From positions 305,164,001 through 305,228,000 of the forward strand of contig OZ024741.1 in NCBI GenBank assembly GCA_964016885.1: a stretch of DNA of 64,000 nucleotides, written 5' to 3'. This stretch comes from Eledone cirrhosa. Taxonomy: Eukaryota. The first letter of the stretch is position 1. Each line of letters begins with the position of its first letter. The translations under genes were made by a program, and so were the position numbers. Under the pieces are notes generated by a model that was not told where the DNA came from, searched no databases, and saw only the letters and a list, made by a program, of their open reading frames with translations. Shown piece by piece: positions 51,879-63,340 of this stretch.

Positions 51879-54800
51879 CGATATTAAATAAATGGAAACT
51901 ATATTTATAAAACCATATTTATTTCATTATATATATTTCAGGGATATCATATTAACAATATGCTATGCCTTCCTCAGACAAAATACAATATAAACAGTTT
52001 TATAGATAAATAGATTTGACATACCGTACAACATCGACTTGTATTTGAAAAGTTGAATTGGCAGTGAAAAAATTGTACACAGAGAGAAAGAAAGAGAGAA
52101 AAAAGGAAAGAAAGACAGAAAACGAAGAAAAAGAAGAAAAAAAGAAAAAGAAGAAATGCATGGAACAAAATAGAGAGATGGAAAGATAGATAAAGAGAAG
52201 AACTTCATGTAAAGAAACAGAGAGAGATATATATATAGAGAGAGAGAGGAAATAGAGATAGATATATATATATAGAAAACTAGGTAGTGGGACGTCCGTT
52301 GAGTAAACGTATCAATGATACATTTATTTATTTATTTATTTATTTAGCTCTAGTATTAATGTAAGGGAGATATATGTGGTTAGGAGAGAAACCAGCTGTT
52401 ATATAGAGAGAAAAATTAAAAATAACCAGACATAGGCGAGGCATAAAAACCCTATGTTTTAATGTAGAGGTATTAGTATGTATAAAAACCAGCCACTATA
52501 TTGTAAATATCAGTATTCCTGAATGAGACATGTATCCATAATGTGTGAAAAGTAATGATCTTATGTTTAGTTTTTTAAAAAAAATTCATATGTTTATGTG
52601 ATAACTACAAACATCTATGTGAATTTACATGATCAACTCTGCAAACCCCAAGTTCACGGAAAACATTCTCATTGTGCTATAAAAATTTAAGTATACATAT
52701 ATGTGTATATATATACACACATATATATATAGAGTCAATATTACTACTATTCCTGTCTTTACTCTACAAGATTATCTATCAAGCAGAAATAGAGAGCAGA
52801 TTTCAATATACTAATAAAAATATATATCAGAAACAAAACCAAAAAATAACAATAATAATAATAATAATAAATAATAAATAATAATAAAATAAAATAGAAA
52901 ACTAAAAAATATTACGAAAGAATATTACATATTAAAAATATTACATATTAAAAATAAAAATATTAGAAAATACTACAATAATAAAAATAAACCACAAAGA
53001 TCAACCCTTCAAAATTAATTGACAATATATTGCCAAGTTCATTATAAGCATCAGAGTCGAAAAACAGATAAAGCTAAAAATTATCTATCAAATCGCATCT
53101 AGCAAAAATCATTTCAAAAAGTTTAGGATGCCCATTTGGTCTACATGTGTTCTTATATTTAATTTTTAATATAGAAGTTTATCTAGTGTAACGTTTATTC
53201 AAAATATTTGGAGCATCAACTTTTAGGGTAGCTTAATTTTTCATGAAGAATGTTTAAATAAAAATAAAAATAAAAAATAAAAAGAATAAAAAGAAGAAAT
53301 CGAAAGATTTATCGGCTAGTTTCCCATATAATTATAAATCAAACTAAATATACTACATTTTAAATTTAAATTTATATTTAAACGTTGAGTTTAATCTATG
53401 TTTGCAGCAACTGAATAAATTTGTCCGTAGATTAAGGGAATTTTTAGATTTTAGTATAAAGAATATCTCCTCTGCGCAGAGGTCACATGTCTCAGAGGAT
53501 GAATTAAAAGGAATCCCTCTTGAGACTATATTCCAAGCCGTCGAATATCTAACGTTATCTAGCTTAAGTTGCCAGAGTACGCCTGATAGTGCCGTTGAAG
53601 ATTTTTTGCTTGGATCTGTGAAAGAATTCTTGTGGTTATTATAGCGAAGTTTAAATTCCGTCGATGTCGAACCGACGTAGTTAAAAGAATTAGAGTCAGT
53701 TTTAACATTACAATTGTATACTATATTTTTAACTAAGCAGTTGTTATTTAACGGACATTTAGATCTATCTCTACAGTTACATTTGTTAACTTGTATATTA
53801 TTTATGCTATTATCACTAGGTTTTAAGTTCCTATTATTTATTCTATTAATATTTTGTGCTAAATTTTTGGTGGATGAGTAGGTTAATTTTATAGTATGTC
53901 TATTGAAAATTGAGTGATACCTATGTGTTCTAGGGAAGCGATTATCAAGAGCTTTAAAAAATAGTTTAGCGATGTGGGTTTTAATGTTTAGTGAGAAAGG
54001 GGGGGGCAAACCAAATTATGTTCCTAGTTCTATTTCTTTTTTGGCCTTTGGAATTATTGTAATGCTTTCTATTATAGTTGTTAAAGTTGTTGCCGTAATT
54101 AAAATAGTTGTTATTTTGTTTAGTTTGTCTATCATTATCTATGTACATAATCTTATCAGTATATCCTGCTCTAGCTAATGCTTCATTGTAGTATTGGGCT
54201 TTTTCGTCGAAAATCTTTCTATTCGACGAGATCCTAGAGATACGTTTTTGAACAGAGTTTACTATAGTGTTTTTGACAGATCTGGGGTGGTTAGAGTTAA
54301 AGTTGACATAGTTTAAGTTTTCACTCAACTTGTGAAAAGGATAGTGAAGACATGTGTTGAGATTTAATGTTATATCTAGGAAATTGACTATTCTATGGTT
54401 GTTCTCAATTTCTATTTTAAGATTAAAGTAATTAAAAAATTGTGTAATTTGTTTACATTTTCTATTTAGTTCAGATTTATTATTATCAATAAGTAAAAGC
54501 ATGTCATCTCTATATAAACCTCCGGTAGTATCAGGTATTTTCCTATGTAGCGAATTGATTAAAAATAAGCCCACAAGGTCAGTTACCTGAGCTGAGTCGG
54601 ATGATCCCATAGTAATGTCAAAATTGCTATCTCTATCTGCTCTGGTCCATAGTTGGTCATTAAATTCTATCAAAGTTTTCCTAGCCGATAATATAATATG
54701 CATTTCATTGCTAGTTAGGTCAGTATGTTTGAATGCGTAATTTAGTGCCTTATTTAGTAGATTAGGGGTAATAGAAGAATAATAGTTAGCAATATCAAGT

Positions 54801-54937
54801 TGAATAAACTTATTATTATTGTTATATTTAATTTGCTTAAACCACTCAACAACCTCTCCAGTTCCCTTCCACAAGCTCAGGTTAGATAAACAATCCAAGT
54901 TCTTAATTTGCTGTATCACCCTGTCAAGAATGTTTTT
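51877..54937 (-). mobile_element. Penelope-like element, left arm (5'-truncated RT + GIY-YIG + long 3' region)
   Basis: RT motifs LDIANYYSSI, ITMGS, YRDD, NFLDITLNL, YVNFNSNHP; CNC..CPL..CL, IVY..YVGST..FKLRYNNH..SF GIY-YIG domain; C.LC..E. Confidence 0.92.
51915..51991 (-). ncRNA. Mirror copy of the PLE hammerhead
   Basis: Reverse complement of 57813-57889. Confidence 0.65.
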
Positions 54938-57900
54938 GGGAACTGGAGAGGTTGTTGAGTGGTTTAAGCAAATTAAATATAACAATAATAATAAGTTTAT
55001 TCAACTTGATATTGCTAACTATTATTCTTCTATTACCCCTAATCTACTAAATAAGGCACTAAATTACGCATTCAAACATACTGACCTAACTAGCAATGAA
55101 ATGCATATTATATTATCGGCTAGGAAAACTTTGATAGAATTTAATGACCAACTATGGACCAGAGCAGATAGAGATAGCAATTTTGACATTACTATGGGAT
55201 CATCCGACTCAGCTCAGGTAACTGACCTTGTGGGCTTATTTTTAATCAATTCGCTACATAGGAAAATACCTGATACTACCGGAGGTTTATATAGAGATGA
55301 CATGCTTTTACTTATTGATAATAATAAATCTGAACTAAATAGAAAATGTAAACAAATTACACAATTTTTTAATTACTTTAATCTTAAAATAGAAATTGAG
55401 AACAACCATAGAATAGTCAATTTCCTAGATATAACATTAAATCTCAACACATGTCTTCACTATCCTTTTCACAAGTTGAGTGAAAACTTAAACTATGTCA
55501 ACTTTAACTCTAACCACCCCAGATCTGTCAAAAACACTATAGTAAACTCTGTTCAAAAACGTATCTCTAGGATCTCGTCGAATAGAAAGATTTTCGACGA
55601 AAAAGCCCAATACTACAATGAAGCATTAGCTAGAGCAGGATATACTGATAAGATTATGTACATAGATAATGATAGACAAACTAAACAAAATAACAACTAT
55701 TTTAATTACGGCAACAACTTTAACAACTATAATAGAAAGCATTACAATAATTCCAAAGGCCAAAAAAGAAATAGAACTAGGAACATAATTTGGTTTGCCC
55801 CCCCCTTTCTCACTAAACATTAAAACCCACATCGCTAAACTATTTTTTAAAGCTCTTGATAATCGCTTCCCTAGAACACATAGGTATCACTCAATTTTCA
55901 ATAGACATACTATAAAATTAACCTACTCATCCACCAAAAATTTAGCACAAAATATTAATAGAATAAATAATAGGAACTTAAAACCTAGTGATAATAGCAT
56001 AAATAATATACAAGTTAACAAATGTAACTGTAGAGATAGATCTAAATGTCCGTTAAATAACAACTGCTTAGTTAAAAATATAGTATACAATTGTAATGTT
56101 AAAACTGACTCTAATTCTTTTAACTACGTCGGTTCGACATCGACGGAATTTAAACTTCGCTATAATAACCACAAGAATTCTTTCACAGATCCAAGCAAAA
56201 AATCTTCAACGGCACTATCAGGCGTACTCTGGCAACTTAAGCTAGATAACGTTAGATATTCGACGGCTTGGAATATAGTCTCAAGAGGGATTCCTTTTAA
56301 TTCATCCTCTGAGACATGTGACCTCTGCGCAGAGGAGATATTCTTTATACTAAAATCTAAAAATTCCCTTAATCTACGGACAAATTTATTCAGTTGCTGC
56401 AAACATAGATTAAACTCAACGTTTAAATATAAATTTAAATTTAAAATGTAGTATATTTAGTTTGATTTATAATTATATGGGAAACTAGCCGATAAATCTT
56501 TCGATTTCTTCTTTTTATTCTTTTTATTTTTTATTTTTATTTTTATTTAAACATTCTTCATGAAAAATTAAGCTACCCTAAAAGTTGATGCTCCAAATAT
56601 TTTGAATAAACGTTACACTAGATAAACTTCTATATTAAAAATTAAATATAAGAACACATGTAGACCAAATGGGCATCCTAAACTTTTTGAAATGATTTTT
56701 GCTAGATGCGATTTGATAGATAATTTTTAGCTTTATCTGTTTTTCGACTCTGATGCTTATAATGAACTTGGCAATATATTGTCAATTAATTTTGAAGGGT
56801 TGATCTTTGTGGTTTATTTTTATTATTGTAGTATTTTCTAATATTTTTATTTTTAATATGTAATATTTTTAATATGTAATATTCTTTCGTAATATTTTTT
56901 AGTTTTCTATTTTATTTTATTATTATTTATTATTTATTATTATTATTATTATTGTTATTTTTTGGTTTTGTTTCTGATATATATTTTTATTAGTATATTG
57001 AAATCTGCTCTCTATTTCTGCTTGATAGATAATCTTGTAGAGTAAAGACAGGAATAGTAGTAATATTGACTCTATATATATATGTGTGTATATATATACA
57101 CATATATGTATACTTAAATTTTTATAGCACAATGAGAATGTTTTCCGTGAACTTGGGGTTTGCAGAGTTGATCATGTAAATTCACATAGATGTTTGTAGT
57201 TATCACATAAACATATGAATTTTTTTTAAAAAACTAAACATAAGATCATTACTTTTCACACATTATGGATACATGTCTCATTCAGGAATACTGATATTTA
57301 CAATATAGTGGCTGGTTTTTATACATACTAATACCTCTACATTAAAACATAGGGTTTTTATGCCTCGCCTATGTCTGGTTATTTTTAATTTTTCTCTCTA
57401 TATAACAGCTGGTTTCTCTCCTAACCACATATATCTCCCTTACATTAATACTAGAGCTAAATAAATAAATAAATAAATAAATGTATCATTGATACGTTTA
57501 CTCAACGGACGTCCCACTACCTAGTTTTCTATATATATATATCTATCTCTATTTCCTCTCTCTCTCTATATATATATCTCTCTCTGTTTCTTTACATGAA
57601 GTTCTTCTCTTTATCTATCTTTCCATCTCTCTATTTTGTTCCATGCATTTCTTCTTTTTCTTTTTTTCTTCTTTTTCTTCGTTTTCTGTCTTTCTTTCCT
57701 TTTTTCTCTCTTTCTTTCTCTCTGTGTACAATTTTTTCACTGCCAATTCAACTTTTCAAATACAAGTCGATGTTGTACGGTATGTCAAATCTATTTATCT
57801 ATAAAACTGTTTATATTGTATTTTGTCTGAGGAAGGCATAGCATATTGTTAATATGATATCCCTGAAATATATATAATGAAATAAATATGGTTTTATAAA

Positions 57901-58015
57901 TATAGTTTCCATTTATTTAATATCGTAAATATACTCCAAATACTTGTCGAGTGCTTTTATATCAGTTATAAATATTTACTAGTTGTAACCCAACAATTTA
58001 AATATAACTTTCCAT
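54938..58015 (+). mobile_element. Penelope-like element, right arm (inverted copy plus ~90 bp more of the 3' terminus)
   Basis: Mirror ORFs with identical translations (coordinate sum 109804); RT to 55823 and GIY-YIG 55795-56451 are split by an apparent +1 C in a C8 run. Confidence 0.92.
57813..57889 (+). ncRNA. Hammerhead ribozyme in the PLE 3' terminal region
   Basis: ATATTgTATTTTGT-CTGAGGA-AGG..CATATT gtt AATATG..CCT-GAAA-TATATA-TA-ATGAAATA AATAT; predicted cleavage after 57876. Confidence 0.65.
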
Positions 58016-58461
58016 GTATATATATATATATTTATATATATATATATATATATGTATTTTCTCCGATAATGTATTTATTTATTTACTCTTGGTGCAACAG
58101 TTATGAACTTCCCGATATAAGGTTTGACTCTCTTTGTTTATTTTTTTTATATATGAATATTGATTGTTTCTTGTATCTCATTCCGTTATTTTGCCCGAGA
58201 AAATATCTATGTGTGTCATCAAACGATGTACACACATGGATATTTTTTCAAATACCAATTTGGCATGTGGCCTGAATTCCTTTTAGAATTCATTGTCCTG
58301 CGCATGTATTGTTTTTTTGGCGGTAATCTGTTTCCTCATTTTTGAATCAGTTTGAGTATTCCTTTAGAACTGCTGGAGTAGCAACCTAACAGATACCTTA
58401 AGCACTGATGGTGATTATCGCTAAATACTGATATTGATTTTCATTTTTTTTTTTTTCATTT

Positions 58462-58780
58462 AATTTTTACGTCCGCTTTTTCCCTGCTTGCAAGGGTAAG
58501 GATGGGACGGGAACTGCTTTTGGCTTGATTTCTACAGCTGGATGCCCTTCCTAACACCAACCTCATTTACAGTGAGTGCTGGGTGCTTTTTTGCCATGGC
58601 ACCTCCACGACCACTTTGTAGTGGAATGTTAGGCACCCCAGTCCCTATCATCTCATTTCTGCAGCTGAGTAAACTGGAGCAATGTGAAATAAAGTGTCAT
58701 GCTCAAGGAAACAACACATCACCCGGTCTGAGAATTGAACTCACAACCTTTCAATTGCAAGGCTAATGCTCTAACCACTA
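58462..58780 (-). mobile_element. tRNA-SINE (same family as 1616-1955)
   Basis: Reverse-complement match including the head and RTE tail. Confidence 0.85.
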
Positions 58781-58805
58781 GATTATCAATATTAGTATTA
58801 TTGGG

Positions 58806-58932
58806 CACACACTGAAGAATTATAAGAGCCCACTTGAATATGTATCTGTTGATCTTATACAAGCTCCTACATGAATTGGTATAATTTCACCCAAATTGTA
58901 GGAATCTTATAATGAAACGAGACGTCTGTCTG
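58806..58932 (+). ncRNA. Type I hammerhead with canonical core and extended stem II
   Basis: CACACA-CTGAAGA-ATTATAAGA...TCTTATAAT-GAAA-CG aga CG-TC-TGTCTG; GUC site after 58926. Confidence 0.65.
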
Positions 58933-59108
58933 GGAAGAGATATATTCGATATGTCTCATATGAAATAATACAGCCAATTTTCCACACAATACAATTAGTT
59001 AGCATCCCGAACGTTTAATTAGGAATATACTCACTTATTTCCTAATGTTTGTTGAGTGAGTTGAGATTTGGCCGGAGTATCGCTAAAAGCTTTCCTCGAT
59101 AATGTATT

Positions 59109-59141
<33 letters not shown>

Positions 59142-59190
59142 ATATATATGTATGTATATATATATATGTATGTATATATATATATGTATG

Positions 59191-59224
<34 letters not shown>

Positions 59225-59248
59225 TGTATGTATATATATATATGTATG

Positions 59249-59283
<35 letters not shown>

Positions 59284-59337
59284 GTATGTATATATATATG
59301 ACAAAAGACCAAGTTTCACAACTTAAATCCATTCTTT

Positions 59338-59460
59338 AATTTCTACGTCCATTTCAATACAGGTTACAATAGTACATGCATATGAAAACAATTGGAAATA
59401 ATTAATTCGCAATTATTAATACAATACATAATACTTATAACTGCATTTCTTCAGGAAACC
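59338..59460 (-). ncRNA. Type I hammerhead with canonical core and extended stem II (antisense)
   Basis: - strand reads GGTTTC-CTGAAGA-AATGCAGTTATAA...TTGTAACCTGTATT-GAAA-TGGACG-TA-GAAATT. Confidence 0.6.
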
Positions 59461-59626
59461 TGAGAATGAACACAGTTATGTATATATATATATAAAAAAT
59501 TTTAACAGGATGTTAAAAGAATCTAAACTAATATTGTACATGTATGTTTTATTATTTATGAATGTATGGCTTATTCGTTTTATATATATTATTATATTAA
59601 TTTGATTTTTTATTATAATTTTTCAG

Positions 59627-59745
59627 ATCTGGACTCATTTAAAACAATTACAGAAGAATTGGTTGACAAGACCCTAAATGAAGCTAGTTTTAACGAAAAA
59701 GACTTTGAAATATTAAAGAGACATGTTATCACTCTAGTTTCTTAG
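59627..59745 (+). CDS. GDPGP1: GDPGP1 terminal coding exon 10 (DLDSFKTITEELVDKTLNEASFNEKDFEILKRHVITLVS*)
   Basis: tttttcag acceptor in phase 1 matching exon 9; F..ITE motif; TAG stop. Total CDS is 1038 nt = 345 aa, typical for the family. Confidence 0.85.
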
Positions 59746-60109
59746 TTTATAGAAACATGGATTATATTTATATTTAGGGCATATTTTTTCTTATGAGTAA
59801 CAATGCTAAACTCAATAAGCTATTCAGCAATCAAATGTTTGTCATATTTTGGTGCGTTAAGCCTAACTTTTGTAACATGAAATTGCTTAAAGGCAAATCT
59901 TTTCTTTGAATAGGATTGACAACTGTCCTCTTAGATGGTCTGCTATTTGCTTACAGCTTGGTGAACAGGTACATTGGACTGCTTTTCTCAGTGATGACTC
60001 AAAATATTCCTGCAGTGAATTGCAACTGTAATACCATGAACTATTGATTTGCTATATGATTCACTGATATCATAACTGCATTGTGTTTGTGGCCAACATC
60101 TAATTCTAA

Positions 60110-60359
60110 AATAAATCATTTTTAACTAGTTGTAAACAGATTTTACATGGTAAAAACAAGTTGCTGGTGTAAGCAATACTGTAAAATTCATGAATGTTTT
60201 ATTTGGTTTTAGTACTCCTATGGGCATAAAATATTAGAGAGGTGTCAGCTATGATATTTACAGGGAGTCCAGCTTGACAATCTCAGCTTCTGTCAGTGGG
60301 TATATATTTAAGAAGGATGGGCTTGCTAAGTTGACTTGGCTTAGAACAAACTGAATAAA
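60110..60359 (+). promoter_or_regulatory. Candidate polyadenylation signals of GDPGP1
   Basis: AATAAA at ~60110 and ~60354 in non-repetitive sequence downstream of the stop. Confidence 0.35.
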
Positions 60360-60594
60360 GGATGTACAAAGAAGTGTAATATTGTTCTTCAATAGCATAT
60401 GTGTTTTTTGAAGTCAGTGTTCTTCTACTATGAGAATTGTAATAGAATGCTTAATGAGATGTGTGGGAGTGAGAGGGATGTTAGAACATCAATGCTGGTT
60501 GAGAAAATTCACAAAATTCTGTGTGAAGACTGTTGTCTGTCTTTAAAGACAATAATATATAATGAAATATAATATAATGAAATTATTGTGTAAA

Positions 60595-60850
60595 GTGCTC
60601 AGGTGCACTACAACTCGTCAAAGGTGCATGTATAGTACATTGAATAATATACAAATGTAAGGGAAGTGAACAGTGTATGAGTCATGATATACATGTGTGC
60701 ATGTATGTCGACAGCTAACAACTGATGCAGGTAGTTTGTTCCATGCTTCAGCAACTCTGAGCATAAAAAAATGTTTCCGAAAGTCATTGGAACTGTGCTG
60801 TTTTCTGAGCATACACTTTCAATAAGCATACACTTTGGAGTTGGTGTGGC
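60595..60850 (-). mobile_element. CR1/L2-type LINE 3' end
   Basis: RKHFFMLRVAEAWNKLPASVV matches the CR1/L2 C-terminal R..FF..RV...WN.LP..VV; a similar tail lies at 28330-28420. Confidence 0.75.
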
Positions 60851-60894
60851 AACTGTGCACAGAATTATTGTATTTATATATATATATATATAAT

Positions 60895-61180
60895 TTCGAT
60901 TGCAAGGACAATGCTCTAACCACTAAGCCATGTACTCCCACATTTTCGATTGCAATCGAAAGGTTGTGAGTTCAATTCTCAGACCGGGTGATGTGTTGTT
61001 TCCTTGAGCAAGACACTTTATTTCACATTGCTCCAGTTTACTCAGCTGTAGAAATGAGATGATAGGGACCCCAATCCCTATCATTCCACTGCAAAGTGGG
61101 CGTGGAGGTGCCACCGCAAAAAAGCAACCAGCACTCACTGTAAATGAGGTTGGTGTTAGGAAGGGCATCCAGCTGTAGAA
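60895..61180 (+). mobile_element. tRNA-SINE with an inverted head segment
   Basis: 60895-60933 is the reverse complement of the SINE head; the body continues on + from 60949. Confidence 0.8.
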
Positions 61181-61245
61181 ATATATACATGTATGTATAT
61201 ATATATACATACTACTGTACGTCTGTATACATATATGTATGTATG

Positions 61246-62840
61246 TATAGTGAAGAGTTTAGCGTAAAAGTTGGTGTCCATCAGGGCTCTGTTCTTAGCC
61301 CCCTACTATTTATTATTGCCCTTCAGGCTATAACAGAGGAGTTCAAGACCGGCTGCCCATGGGAACTCCTATACGCAGATGATCTAACGCTCATAGCTGA
61401 ATCAATGACCGAACTAGAGAAGAAATTCCAAACATGGAAGCACGGCCTAGAATCAAAAGGCCTTAAAATTAACCTGGCTAAGACTAAAGTTCTAGTTTGT
61501 AGGAAAGAAAATAAGGCGGCGGTTCCATCTGGGAAATGGCCATGCTCAGTGTGTAGGAAAGGCGTAGGTAGAAACTCCATTTTATGTCCCAAATGCAAAG
61601 TATGGGTGCATAAAAGATGTAGTGGGATCACAGGTAAGCTAACTAAGAACATAGATTTTACATGTGGCCGGTGCTCTGGTGCAATAAGTAGCAGCAAGTG
61701 CCCACAAAATACTAGCTCCTTCAACTGCGCAGAGGGTTCTATAGAAATAGTGGACAGCTTCCGTTATCTGGGTGACAAAATCAGCAGTGGGGGAGGGTGC
61801 TCTGAAAGTACAGTAGCTAGAGTCAGAACTGGATGGAAAAAGTTCAGAGAGCTTATACCACTATTAGCCGCTAGAGGGTTCTCCCTAAAAATGAAAGGCA
61901 GGTTATACGATGCCTGCATACGAACAGCAATGCTGCATGGCAGTGAGACCTGGGCATTGTGTGCAGAGGATATACGCAGACTAGAGAGGAAAGAAGCTTG
62001 CATGCTCCGCTGGATGTGCAATAGTAATATACGTGAACGGCAAAGCATAAACGAACTAAGGAAAAAATTAGAAATAAGAGGGATCAGATGTTGTTTACTC
62101 GAGAGAAGGCTACGTTGGTACGGTCACGTGATGCGCATGAAAGACGACAGCTGTATAACAAAGTGCAGGGCAATAAAGATAGACGGTAGCCACGGAGTAG
62201 GCAGACCCAGAAAAACATGGGACGAGCTGATAAATTCCGACCTCACACGCTTACACCTCTCCAAGACAATGTCACTGGACCGAGACCTTTGGCGGTACTC
62301 AGTAATAGAGAAGACCCGCCTTACCTAAATACAAAGTAAAAACCTACTACAGTCAGTAGGCATCTCTATCAAAACACACCCCCGTCCCACCACCTCCACC
62401 CCACCCACACCGCCCCTTTCAATGTAAAGTTATGTTGGTCCCACAACATCCAGGCCGAAACAAATGAGATCGTGTAGGTGTCACGACAAAAAACACACAG
62501 TCCACGCTGTAAATGTGGCCGTGTAGGCAACACGGTAAAAACCTCCCAGCCCCACACTGTAAATGTGGTTGGTGTTAGGAAGGGCATCCAGCTGTAGAAA
62601 ACCCGCCAGACAGTCCACGCTGTAATGTGGCCGTGTAGGCAACACGGTAAAAACCTCCCAGCCCCACACTGTAAATGTGGTTGGTGTTAGGAAGGGCATC
62701 CAACTGTAGAAAACCCGCCAGACAGTCCTATGCGAGCAAGACAACCACTCTTGCCTCAAGTGGGAAAACCCCCGTCCAAACCCATGCAAGCGTGGAACAC
62801 GGACGCTAAACCTGATGATGATGATGATGATGATGATGAT
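61246..62840 (+). mobile_element. RTE family A, 5'-truncated young copy (open frame to 62328)
   Basis: GVHQGS, YADD, PHD-like insert, intact C-terminus, ~120-bp duplication in the 3' UTR, (TGA)n tail. Confidence 0.93.
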
Positions 62841-63340
62841 GTACGTGTACATACTTATATTTAAGTAACAGCCGTACTAAGAGTGGGAAATGAAATTTTG
62901 TTTCATTTTTTCCGTTTATCGTTTTCGGTGCACCCGGCCAATTAACCCACTCGATATGCAAATTGTGCTTCTCAGCTGTTAATATGCATAAGGTAAGTAT
63001 ATACGTTGAACAATCTGGCAGGAAGGTATACGTTGCTGACGATAGCTAATAAGCTTGAAACAGGTACAGCGTTCCTTTGTCAGTGTTGAACAAACGAGCA
63101 ACGATGGTTGCTGGACACTACGGCTTAATACGGGATGTTTGTTTACAAACACACCGAGCATTATAATAAATGTTCGGTGAATCCATATGTACATATATAT
63201 GTGTGTATGTATGTATGTATATATATACATACTACTGTACGTCTGTATACATATATGTTTGTACGTGTACATACTTATATTTAAGTAACAGCCGTACTAA
63301 GAGTGGGAAATGAAATTTCGTTTCATTTTTTCCGTTTATA
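62840..63340 (+). repeat. ~420-bp hammerhead-containing tandem repeat (second locus)
   Basis: 62841 onward recurs at 63261 onward (offset 420); homologous to 36572-37277. Confidence 0.8.
63031..63071 (+). ncRNA. Minimal type I hammerhead ribozyme
   Basis: CGTTG-CTGACGA-tAGCT aata AGCTt-GAAA-CAGG-TA-CAGCG; stem I changes relative to the 36611 copy keep pairing. Confidence 0.7.

Noticed and set aside
54819-54937. N-terminus of the + strand 334-aa ORF (MLYLICLNHSTTSPVPF...)
   Set aside because: Antisense read-through across the palindrome centre; real RT homology on + starts at 54938.
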